A stretch of 39,264 bases of DNA from a virus (Duplodnaviria > Caudoviricetes): IMG/VR virus record IMGVR_UViG_3300048889_000043, positions 1 through 39,264 of that record. One strand, given 5' to 3'. How positions within the stretch are numbered: the first letter of the stretch is position 1; each line of letters starts with the position of its first letter. The position numbers and the translations under genes were made by a program. Positions 1-7,915 of this stretch are shown piece by piece. The notes under the pieces are model-generated. The model searched no databases. It was not told where the DNA came from and was given only the letters and a program-made list of their open reading frames with translations.

Positions 1-582
1 AAAAGCAGTCCAAAAGTTTTCCATTCTGTTAAGTGCTTCACGCTTAACATCTTCCACATCCTTTCCCATACACTCGGCGCTATACTCCAAAAACTGCTTA
101 AGCTTCACCGCATCTTTAGCATTCAAGTGTAGCGTCTCAGAATCAAATTCTAGGCACTTTACAGGCTCATAGTTCGATTTAGCGTCATTATCCGGATCAT
201 CCCCAGTCTCAAGCGCAAAAAGCTTTAGAATAGCGTATTTATAAGCATATGAAACAGCTTTCCCTGGCCCTTTATCCGACGAGTCTACCCCGTATCCCGT
301 AAAGTTCACTTTCAGCTGTTCTGTTGGCTCGTCTGCATTCACCACAAACACGGCTAGATTAACTACAGTTCTATTGGATTCCTGTGATAGCGCCTCGATC
401 GTAGGGATAATCATCACTCCATGCTTTACTAGTAGCGGATGTATCGCTGAAGTCACTTGATCGTGGCTCACAAAACGGTACTGTCCGTTTACGGTTTTTT
501 CTCCCTTTTGAATGTAATCCAAGTCTTCCATTATCGCAAGAAGTCTCTGGTAAACATTCTTTTTTTGTAACTGTATATCCAT
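1..582 (-). CDS. ERF-family ssDNA-annealing protein, 3' end runs off the window (absent from ORF track)
   Basis: Read manually: GGAG-N4-ATG at 582, MDIQLQKKNVYQRLLAIMEDLDYIQKG...FVSHDQV...GYGVDSSDKGPGKAVSYAYKYAILKLFALETGDDPD, typical ERF motifs; frame open to base 1. Confidence 0.9.
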   Translation of the reverse strand, partial: MDIQLQKKNVYQRLLAIMEDLDYIQKGEKTVNGQYRFVSHDQVTSAIHPLLVKHGVMIIPTIEALSQESNRTVVNLAVFVVNADEPTEQLKVNFTGYGVDSSDKGPGKAVSYAYKYAILKLFALETGDDPDNDAKSNYEPVKCLEFDSETLHLNAKDAVKLKQFLEYSAECMGKDVEDVKREALNRMENFWTAF

Positions 583-739
583 AATACTCCAACGTTAATT
601 TATATTTATTTATTTCAGCTAATAATATTTTTTGAAGTTCTTTTTGACTTTTTTTATACGAATTATAACCTTTTTGGTACTGTAGCAATCGCTCTCTATT
701 CTTCAAATAATATTGCTTATGATATTCTTTTTTATTCAA
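371..739 (-). CDS. Hypothetical basic protein; 3' part overlaps ERF in another frame
   Basis: N-terminus KEYHKQYYLKNRERLL is a common phage basic helix; start overlaps the nuclease stop. Confidence 0.45.
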   Translation of the reverse strand: MNKKEYHKQYYLKNRERLLQYQKGYNSYKKSQKELQKILLAEINKYKLTLEYYGYTVTKKECLPETSCDNGRLGLHSKGRKNRKRTVPFCEPRSSDFSDTSATSKAWSDDYPYDRGAITGIQ

Positions 740-1295
740 TTTGCTTTTCCTTCTTTTTATGAAAAAACTTATAACATGTTAACGCACACTCAAAGTAAAA
801 AAAATCTTCCGCTAAGTCTTCAAGCTTGATAAATTTCTCTTTTGCTTTACCACCATCTTTTTGCAAGTACAATAAATAAGCTCCGCATATGATCACTTCA
901 TTTTCGAACAGCATATTGTAATAAGCACACATCTGTAAGTAATGAACCTTATTATATGCCGCGCTAGTCTTGATGTCGCATAAATAGTACTTGCCATCAT
1001 TATGTACAAAAGTTAAGTCGATTTGTCCAGTATATCCATGCTCGTGTTCTACATATCTTTTTTCAACGATGTCGCACTTTGTAATGTTTTCTTTTGCCCA
1101 ATCATTATAACTCTTGATGTAACCTTTATATTCCTCTTGGATCATGCTGTCTGGAATCCAGGCACCTTTTGCAAGCCCTGCGCAAATTGAATGCACTTCT
1201 GTACCTCTTTTTGCTGCTGATTCAAGACGATCTTTTGGAATATAGTCAAATCCTGAGAAAGGCTTTAGAACTTCAGTAACCCTTGGATAGTCCAT
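732..1295 (-). CDS. PD-(D/E)XK exonuclease (phage Cas4/YqaJ-like), partner of ERF
   Basis: PRVTEVL, RGTEVH, VEKR, GQIDL, CDIKTS, QMCAY motifs; adjacent to ERF. Confidence 0.85.
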   Translation of the reverse strand: MDYPRVTEVLKPFSGFDYIPKDRLESAAKRGTEVHSICAGLAKGAWIPDSMIQEEYKGYIKSYNDWAKENITKCDIVEKRYVEHEHGYTGQIDLTFVHNDGKYYLCDIKTSAAYNKVHYLQMCAYYNMLFENEVIICGAYLLYLQKDGGKAKEKFIKLEDLAEDFFYFECALTCYKFFHKKKEKQIE

Positions 1296-1381
1296 TTAGT
1301 CTCTTTTTAAAATTTGAATTTACAAGTCAAGGAATACTGGCTATGTTGAATTTTGTCAAGAATCAACAAGGAAATATTTTT

Positions 1382-1609
1382 ATGGTGAAGGTAAAAAAAC
1401 TCAAAAATGACACTTGCATATCATTGAGAATGGAGAAAGCAGAATGGCAAGAGATTCAACAAATTGCAGCGTTAGAATCTCATCACACGCACAGCTGCAT
1501 AACCGGACAGGATTTAATTCGTGATGCAATTCATTATGTTTACTCTGATAATGAACGACTTAGAGAATGTTTTCGTCGCAGCAGGAACGTTTGCAAGCGA
1601 GTGTTTTAG
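1382..1609 (+). CDS. Small DNA-binding regulator (ribbon-helix-helix-like)
   Basis: ISLRMEKAEWQEIQQIA...QDLIRDAI pattern; ATG 1382 preferred over track start 1283; divergent from exonuclease. Confidence 0.5.
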   Translation: MVKVKKLKNDTCISLRMEKAEWQEIQQIAALESHHTHSCITGQDLIRDAIHYVYSDNERLRECFRRSRNVCKRVF

Positions 1610-1618
1610 AAAAAAAGA

Positions 1619-1687
1619 TTGCGATCAATCATGCAAAATTGTAGCTTATCGAAATTAAGGAAGCACTCGGGGGAGAACTTCCTTAAT
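1619..1687 (+). promoter_or_regulatory. Candidate sigma70-type promoter followed by a 10-bp leader hairpin
   Basis: TTGCGA(1619)-N17-TAGCTT(1642); perfect IR ATTAAGGAAG 1654-1663 / CTTCCTTAAT 1678-1687. Confidence 0.45.
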
Positions 1688-1767
1688 GGATCTCAAGAAA
1701 CTGTCATTTCTCGAGTTTAGGCAATGAATCGCAAGTCTAGCTTATCAGAAGTGGCAATTTAATCCAA

Positions 1768-2106
1768 ATGGGTTTTATGCATTTCGATCGCAAGTCAAAA
1801 TTATTTATCGATCTTAATGACGATGTCCTAGAGCAATTGAAAAAAACTTTTCCTCTAGTTGACGTCGATCTTGAGCTTAAGAAAATGACTATTTGGCTTC
1901 TCACAGGAAAAGGTAAAGCGTATAAAGGCACTGTTGGCTTTGCTATGAATTGGCTAAAGAAAGCAGCTCCAAATCAAATTACTATTGCCGAAGAACTTGA
2001 TCTTCTTGAGTCTGATTCTCCCCTTAGCAATGCCTTGAAAGACTACTCTAAGGAACTATGGAAAGACAAGGAAGATATTTTCCAATTCAACACAATCAAG
2101 CACTAA
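1768..2106 (+). CDS. Replisome-organizer C-terminal-domain-like protein
   Basis: FPLVDVDLELKKMTIWL...FAMNWLKKA resembles C-termini of phage replication initiators; directly upstream of helicase. Confidence 0.5.
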   Translation: MGFMHFDRKSKLFIDLNDDVLEQLKKTFPLVDVDLELKKMTIWLLTGKGKAYKGTVGFAMNWLKKAAPNQITIAEELDLLESDSPLSNALKDYSKELWKDKEDIFQFNTIKH

Positions 2107-2921
2107 ACTGCATTGTGCCGCTCTCAGATCTTCCTAAGTCATATCGCTCAGAAATCAAGCGAGGCATATCTACAGGCTGGAAGTGCGTTGATAGATTCCT
2201 TCAAGGATTGCGTCCCGGTGAGCTGACAGTTGTTACTGCTGATACTGGTGTTGGTAAAACCACATTCTGTATTCAGCTTATAATTAACTGTGCGCTTCAA
2301 GGTGTTGCTGTGTGGGTTAACTCTTGGGAGATGAAACCAGAAGCTACCATGCGAAAGATAGCAAGTGTAGTGCTACGAAAACCAATGAAACTACAAAACT
2401 TTAGCGAGCATGAGAATGAACAGTTTGATGAATGGGCCCGAAGACATAGGGTTTTTGTTAATATTAATACTTCTCGCACTGATATTGTTAATCTGGAAAT
2501 AGAGATGCGAAAAGCTAAAGAATGCGGCGTAGAAGTTGTTTTGCTTGATCATTTGGACTATCTTGTTAGCAGCAAAAAAGAAAAACTTCACGAGGCCATA
2601 GATGATACCGTTAAAAAGCTGCACGAACTCGCATTTGATCTGTCCGTGCACATCTTGCTTATCTGTCATCCGCGACAATCTGCGACGCAGGCTGAGGAGG
2701 TCGGGATACACTCACTTAAGGGCAGTAGCTCAATCAAACAATATGCTGACAATGTGGTTATACTGCACCGTTGCGCTAGAACTGATAATCAGTCTCATCC
2801 GGGTAAAGTTAAAGTCCGTATTGCAAAGAATCGCATGTTCGGCACCGAAGGAACAACCTATCTCTTCTATCAAGAACTGTGGGACGGATATGCAGAATTA
2901 GAATTACCTAAATTAACATGA
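2058..2921 (+). CDS. SF4 (DnaB / T7 gp4-like) helicase, helicase domain only
   Basis: ISTGW, GLRPGELTVVTADTGVGKTT (Walker A), LLDHL (Walker B), ICHPR, LKGSSSIKQYADNV, KNR. Confidence 0.92.
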   Translation: MERQGRYFPIQHNQALNCIVPLSDLPKSYRSEIKRGISTGWKCVDRFLQGLRPGELTVVTADTGVGKTTFCIQLIINCALQGVAVWVNSWEMKPEATMRKIASVVLRKPMKLQNFSEHENEQFDEWARRHRVFVNINTSRTDIVNLEIEMRKAKECGVEVVLLDHLDYLVSSKKEKLHEAIDDTVKKLHELAFDLSVHILLICHPRQSATQAEEVGIHSLKGSSSIKQYADNVVILHRCARTDNQSHPGKVKVRIAKNRMFGTEGTTYLFYQELWDGYAELELPKLT

Positions 2922-2927
2922 GGAATA

Positions 2928-3227
2928 ATGGAATTTAAAAAATTTAGTGAAGAAACGCCAAATGTTGGAGAAATTATTATAATTATTCAGCATATTATAG
3001 ATTACTCGCGAATAGAACAAAGATATAATGTATTTTTTTCAAAGATTAAAAGGCCCTTTGATAATGATATAATGTATAACCCAGAATATTTAACTTATAT
3101 GGATGAATGTGGAGATGTTAAAGATGTATGTGAAATCGATAAAGAGAAGTCCTTATGGTGTCGCTTTGAAGTTGATACTGGAGAAAAAAGAATTTCATTT
3201 TTTAGTTCAAACTGGGGGAAACTATGA
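2928..3227 (+). CDS. Hypothetical protein
   Basis: GAGGA RBS; operonic with neighbours. Confidence 0.7.
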   Translation: MEFKKFSEETPNVGEIIIIIQHIIDYSRIEQRYNVFFSKIKRPFDNDIMYNPEYLTYMDECGDVKDVCEIDKEKSLWCRFEVDTGEKRISFFSSNWGKL

Positions 3228-3583
3228 ATAAATTTGATGTAGAAATTGGTCAATACCACCAGCGCACAGGAAGCTCTTTGGTGGGATACTTCACGCTAAT
3301 AGTAAGGTCTTTTGGCGGCATGAGAATTTCAAATTGCTCTCATTTCAGCTCAGACAAAGGTGAGTGGTGGAGTCTTCCGCAAAAAGAATGCGCCAAACCG
3401 GGAGAGACTGAAAAGAAGTACTTCCCAATCGTTTCTTTTCTAGACAAGGGATTCTTTGCAGACCTAAAAGAAGCTGTAATAATTGCTATTCATGATTATA
3501 AAAAAAAGGAGCTCAATGAAAATAAACAAGATTCCCCAAGTGCCGACGCATTTTATAATAAATCATCCTCTCCTTGGGATTAA
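3224..3583 (+). CDS. SpoVG/PC4-like nucleic-acid-binding protein (possible SSB)
   Basis: LVGYFTL...MRISNC...GEWWSLPQK...YFPIV...LKEAVI pattern; tail ends SSSPWD. Confidence 0.6.
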   Translation: MNKFDVEIGQYHQRTGSSLVGYFTLIVRSFGGMRISNCSHFSSDKGEWWSLPQKECAKPGETEKKYFPIVSFLDKGFFADLKEAVIIAIHDYKKKELNENKQDSPSADAFYNKSSSPWD

Positions 3584-3737
3584 TAAGCGCTATGACTCGT
3601 GGATCGTGCTTTGTGATGAAGCTATTGATGCGGCTAGAGAAGAAGCCCAACGCCAGCTTTACGATACACACCTAGCCCTTACTAAACTTATTGCAGATGA
3701 AATAATTGAAACGGGTGTAGAACAATATGGGACTTAA
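3516..3737 (+). CDS. Hypothetical protein
   Basis: AAGGAG RBS before ATG 3516; overlaps next start. Confidence 0.6.
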   Translation: MKINKIPQVPTHFIINHPLLGINKRYDSWIVLCDEAIDAAREEAQRQLYDTHLALTKLIADEIIETGVEQYGT

Positions 3738-4266
3738 GCAAATAATAGCACGTAAAGGAAAGATTCCCACCGGATTCTTTTTTGAGCTTACGATGAAAGG
3801 CGAACCAATGCTTTACAGCATTACATATCGTCTAGGAAATCGCATTGAGACAAAGAGGTTCTTCCGTAACAAGCAATGGAAGTCTATTCTTAAGTGCTGC
3901 TTTAAAAAGTATTGGCTAAGCACTCAACCCGTTGTAATAATTGTAAACTTCTACATATCTCCACCCGATAGCATTTCAATCAAACCTGAAGTGCTATCCA
4001 AGGAAAAAACGCCAGCCGTGCAAGGTTTCGAGCTGGCAGACTACCTTTTATCGTTCCAAGAAATGCTTATGGGAGTGCTTTACACTTCGCACCGCCAGAT
4101 ATGCAGAATTGAAACAGAAAAGTACTACTCAGATAATCCACGAACAGTTATGAAATTCATGAAATGGGAGCATTATGTCCAGTATCAAAATGACAATTCC
4201 TATCACTCCGGCACCGAAAGCCAGTGTGCGTCTTGCGCGTCAAGGCTGGTACAATCCGAGTGCTAA
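3727..4266 (+). CDS. Degenerate RusA-like protein
   Basis: PVVIIVNFYISPP...GFELADYLLSFQEMLMGVLYTSHRQI...EKYYSDNPRT follows the RusA layout but lacks KPDxDN and DD. Confidence 0.55.
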   Translation: MGLKQIIARKGKIPTGFFFELTMKGEPMLYSITYRLGNRIETKRFFRNKQWKSILKCCFKKYWLSTQPVVIIVNFYISPPDSISIKPEVLSKEKTPAVQGFELADYLLSFQEMLMGVLYTSHRQICRIETEKYYSDNPRTVMKFMKWEHYVQYQNDNSYHSGTESQCASCASRLVQSEC

Positions 4267-4657
4267 AGGTATGGGGATTGTCCGAAGATTTGCCGAACTC
4301 TATATGCGAGAGAGGCACCTAACAACGCTTAAAGGCCCACTGCTTGTCATTACGCATTACCGTATTCCAGCAGCATTAAGCCAGCGCGTAGCACACAGAT
4401 TTGATCAGCATTTATGTCCTCATGCGAAGAAACCTGATGGAGACAATCTTGAGAAATTTCTTAATGACGCTCTTAAGGGCGTTGTATGGGACGATGACGC
4501 GTGCATATCTGTGCTGTTAAGAACAAAATCCAAGACATTGAAGAAAGTTGGAAGCACTACAATTTTTGCAATTGAGATTCCAGACGAACCTTTATGCTTT
4601 GAAAAAATATTAGAAATCATTCAAACTAACTTAAATTTTGAGGAAGACGATGAATAA
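4175..4657 (+). CDS. rusA: RusA Holliday junction resolvase
   Basis: KKPDGDNLEKFLNDALKGVVWDDDACI signature. Confidence 0.92.
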   Translation: MSSIKMTIPITPAPKASVRLARQGWYNPSAKGMGIVRRFAELYMRERHLTTLKGPLLVITHYRIPAALSQRVAHRFDQHLCPHAKKPDGDNLEKFLNDALKGVVWDDDACISVLLRTKSKTLKKVGSTTIFAIEIPDEPLCFEKILEIIQTNLNFEEDDE

Positions 4658-4868
4658 GCCAACTGTTTCGCAAGCTCTTTATTCGCATCTGCTCGTAGCT
4701 CGAGGGCTGATCGATTGCATTAATGATAACATTCCCAAATCGATCTATGGCATGAAAACTATGCAAGCGATTTCGGGAGTGCTATTTGAATTAGAAGGAC
4801 TTAACCGGGCAATGCTTTTTGAGCTCGGCGACCACGATAACCCAGATACAGATGCAGATTGCTATTAA
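4650..4868 (+). CDS. Hypothetical protein
   Basis: GAGGA RBS before ATG 4650; overlaps rusA stop. Confidence 0.6.
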   Translation: MNKPTVSQALYSHLLVARGLIDCINDNIPKSIYGMKTMQAISGVLFELEGLNRAMLFELGDHDNPDTDADCY

Positions 4869-4887
4869 ATTTTTATGCGTGTATGCT
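4859..4887 (+). promoter_or_regulatory. Candidate promoter of the cargo cassette
   Basis: TTGCTA-N17-TATGCT about 25 nt before ATG 4913. Confidence 0.4.
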
Positions 4888-4912
4888 AAAGGAAAATCAA
4901 CCTGAGGCATAC

Positions 4913-5307
4913 ATGCAACCAACAAATTTTGTAGAGAAATATCAAACTTTTCTAACTCAAAAAGAAGAGCTCGATAAAGCGGCTTTTATAGACATCAAGC
5001 CCATAAATGAAGTCCCCAATCCAGCAAACCTAAGCGTTCCTTCTTATTTATTTCATATGGTTTTTGACGTATTAAGAAATCTAGATAGCAAAACAGATTT
5101 GGAATATGAAACCCTGCGCGTTAAGCTTATGGCTATTGATCTTTATTGCCCAAATTATAAAAAAGGCATAATTATAGTCGCTTCATCAATCTCTATTTTT
5201 GCTTATTCTGTTTTTTTTTACCCCTCAAATGCAGCTTCTTCCTTGCGTTAATAAGCTTAATGGCTTCTACACACGTATATCAACAATTTAAAAAGGCTTA
5301 TTCATGA
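4913..5307 (+). CDS. Membrane protein with a T9 frameshift site; Inc-like bilobed hydrophobic C-terminus in the -1 frame
   Basis: 0-frame stops at 5251; -1 shift at T9 (5211-5219) gives GIIIVASSISIFAYSVFFLPLKCSFFLALISLMAST...KKAYS ending in an ATGA overlap with the next gene. Confidence 0.55.
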
Positions 5308-6314
5308 ATCCAACTTCTTCTGACCTTATAGATAAATATCACGGCGTCACAGATCTCAAAAAAGTTACTTTCGATAAAATCCCCGAATGCGAAGAAAGAC
5401 TTGTTTCACGGTACAGCAAGCTAGAGTTTTTTAGAAAAGAATACACATATGAAGAAAAAAATGAGATCTATCTAACATGTTCAGTTTATAACGCATTCGC
5501 TACAACTAAATGCGTGGGAGCGTGTGCAGCTATAGGAGCTATTGCCGGCGGTTTAGTTGGTGGCGTTGTTGCCGGGCCTCCAGGAATTGCAACCGGAGCG
5601 TCTATTGGAGGAAGTGCAGGAGTTTTTACAGGATTTGGAGTTTCATATAAAAAGGGATATATTTCTTCCGAACATCCCGAATACATTAATTTTTGTGTAG
5701 GAAAAAACCCTAAGTATAAAGCCTTTGAAGACAAGTTCGACAAAAAGCAATATAAGCTTTTTTTCTATTTCCTAAATAACCATCTTCAAAACTTCAGTCC
5801 TGCCGAACTTAAGCAGCTAGATGCTTTCATTTGCCCTATTACCCTTGAAATTCCTCGTATACCTGTTTTCAGTCCTCACGACATCTACAGACAACACCCA
5901 TTTGAAAAAAGCGCTATTGTATCCCATCTCGAAATCATAGAAGAGAAGGTTCGCGTTGCTAAGGCTTCCGGATATGATGATGATTATATTGATGCTATTC
6001 GAATTAATTCCGACCCGTTAAGAAGAGCGCCTTTTGTTAAATCTGAGTTAGTTTATGATGCTCAATACACAAGAAATGTGATTAAGTTTTTGAAAGAAAT
6101 TTATGAAAACATGAAGCCAAGAATTACTGAAACTGACGACCCGATTTTGATAGAAGGAATGCTAACGCTTATTGCTTACTATTGCTTGACGTATAGCGAT
6201 GCAACTGACGCTATTGTCTCTAAGCTAAGGAACGACATTATAAAGCTTGGTGGAACGTATGAAAGAGCGGAGGCGTTAGGAAACTTGCTAAAAGTTAACC
6301 TGTCTAAAGTTTAA
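5304..6314 (+). CDS. Putative effector: glycine-rich hydrophobic segment plus U-box-like E3 ligase domain
   Basis: GAIAGGLVGGVVAGPPGIATGASIGG (~5511-5645); FICPITLEIPRIPV...HPFEKSAIVSHL...DPLRRAPF..SELV (~5826-6060). Confidence 0.7.
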   Translation: MNPTSSDLIDKYHGVTDLKKVTFDKIPECEERLVSRYSKLEFFRKEYTYEEKNEIYLTCSVYNAFATTKCVGACAAIGAIAGGLVGGVVAGPPGIATGASIGGSAGVFTGFGVSYKKGYISSEHPEYINFCVGKNPKYKAFEDKFDKKQYKLFFYFLNNHLQNFSPAELKQLDAFICPITLEIPRIPVFSPHDIYRQHPFEKSAIVSHLEIIEEKVRVAKASGYDDDYIDAIRINSDPLRRAPFVKSELVYDAQYTRNVIKFLKEIYENMKPRITETDDPILIEGMLTLIAYYCLTYSDATDAIVSKLRNDIIKLGGTYERAEALGNLLKVNLSKV

Positions 6315-6315
6315 G

Positions 6316-6355
6316 AGTTAGCCCCCGAAAGCATTCCGGCCAAGGGGGCATAACT
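6316..6355. terminator. Hairpin between convergent genes
   Basis: AGTTA-GCCCCC ... GGGGGC-A-TAACT. Confidence 0.5.
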
Positions 6356-6855
6356 TAATCGCCTGTTACATATTCATGTAGCCTGCTCTTTCCACTCATT
6401 ATCAAGCAATGGCCATATTTCTTCATTTCAGGCATCAGCATTTCATCAAAGAGCCTCCCCCCTATGATTGCGCAAATCCCGTAAACAAACGCTGTATCGA
6501 GCTCTAAACGATTAAAATCATATATCATCTGGCCTCGTATCGTATGCACCCGTGTTATCGCTTCTGTAGTCTCAATTTTCATAAGAAGCTGTTTTATTTC
6601 TTCCTCATGCTTTATTTCCATGTTTAGAGACATGAAATACTGCAATAAGTCAATGTGCTTGCGTGTGCACATTTCAATATCGTTTTTCAGATCAATAAGC
6701 GCTTCAATTGTTATTTGATTGTCACTTTGATGTCTGCAATTTAATAGCCTCATCGTCGGAATCTCTAGGATTAACGAACATATTGCTTTCTTCATCTCGC
6801 TTCCTTCTATTTGCGCGGTTAATAATGCAATGCACAGTGCGCTCTTACCTAACAT
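6355..6855 (-). CDS. Hypothetical protein
   Basis: 166-aa ORF, GGGGAG RBS, end of leftward operon. Confidence 0.65.
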   Translation of the reverse strand: MLGKSALCIALLTAQIEGSEMKKAICSLILEIPTMRLLNCRHQSDNQITIEALIDLKNDIEMCTRKHIDLLQYFMSLNMEIKHEEEIKQLLMKIETTEAITRVHTIRGQMIYDFNRLELDTAFVYGICAIIGGRLFDEMLMPEMKKYGHCLIMSGKSRLHEYVTGD

Positions 6856-6864
6856 TTTCTCCCC

Positions 6865-7578
6865 CTAAAACAAGTTGATTTTTTCTGTTCTTTTCCAATT
6901 ATAGATGTCTTGAAATAAAGAAAGATAGTCTTTTTCCGAAATTTTATTGCTTACCCTGTTAACCATTTTTTCAAGGTTTTTTGTCCACGCTTTAAAATTG
7001 AAATCCGGGTGATTGAACATTTTTATTAATGCGCTCCAAAATCTTGTTGAACCCGTGTAGGGGCTAAAGCCGTTCATCTCTTTGATATATTTTATCGTAC
7101 TCCAACATAGGTCAATTCTAACACTTAATTCACCACCAATAAAAACAAACTTTCCAGCCCTAAATAGTTCAATCTTTTCTCTACTTTTACAACAAGCAAT
7201 AGCTAAGCCGATTTTAATTGAAACTTTATTGGCTTTTATAAATTCGTTAAAAATTTGATACTCTTTATATCCGTTCTTACAATAGTAATTAAGATAATCT
7301 TCTAATCTCCATTCCTTGCTTGTATTCAAAAGAATAATATCATAGGAATCAATTTCTTTTTTAATGTCGTAGTAAACATCAACTCCAAGCTTTTTTGCAG
7401 CCAGAACTCTGTGTTGCCCGTCTAGTATTTCCATTTTTTCATTTACTAGAATAGGCTTTAAGTCTAGTAAGTTTTTAGAAGAAATAGAGCGCACTAACTT
7501 TTCTACGTGAGGCTGACTTATCTTTTCCCGATTGTCTTCCCTAAATTTGAATATGTCGTAGTCATTGGTTTTTTTCAT
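6865..7578 (-). CDS. ParB/Srx N-terminal-domain protein
   Basis: DNR...HVEKLVRSI...KPILVNEKMEILDGQHRVLAAKKLG. Confidence 0.85.
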   Translation of the reverse strand: MKKTNDYDIFKFREDNREKISQPHVEKLVRSISSKNLLDLKPILVNEKMEILDGQHRVLAAKKLGVDVYYDIKKEIDSYDIILLNTSKEWRLEDYLNYYCKNGYKEYQIFNEFIKANKVSIKIGLAIACCKSREKIELFRAGKFVFIGGELSVRIDLCWSTIKYIKEMNGFSPYTGSTRFWSALIKMFNHPDFNFKAWTKNLEKMVNRVSNKISEKDYLSLFQDIYNWKRTEKINLF

Positions 7579-7915
7579 GAGTAATTTCCCTTATTGTTTC
7601 TGTTAAAATTTCAATTTGCATCTCTAAGGCTTCAATCCTGTGTTGCAAGCCTTTATAAAAATTGTTTGCCTTTTCTGGATTTTGCTTATAAAACTCTTTT
7701 AGCTTCTCATACTTGTGTTTTCTTCTGTATGTTGCAGCCTCTTGAGCTTCTATTGCGCTATAATTTTCTCTTCCCCCACTACGCCTTATTTCTACCACGA
7801 CCGAATTTTTTCCCCGGTTGATATTTTTTGAAATTGCAAGCGAGGAAAGCCCTTCTTTTATTCCTTTCTCGATAGCTTTTCTTTCTTCTAAAATTAAATC
7901 TACTGTGCGTGGCAT
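7562..7915 (-). CDS. HTH DNA-binding protein (IS30-type HTH, no transposase core)
   Basis: LILEERKAIE...GLSSLAISKNINRGKNSVVVEIRR...YSAIEAQ then coiled coil. Confidence 0.75.
   Translation of the reverse strand: MPRTVDLILEERKAIEKGIKEGLSSLAISKNINRGKNSVVVEIRRSGGRENYSAIEAQEAATYRRKHKYEKLKEFYKQNPEKANNFYKGLQHRIEALEMQIEILTETIREITHEKNQ

Noticed and set aside
732-1295. Cas4 / CRISPR system
   Set aside because: No array or other cas genes seen; context is an ERF recombination module.
7562-7915. IS30 element
   Set aside because: Only the HTH is present; no DDE core or terminal repeats seen.
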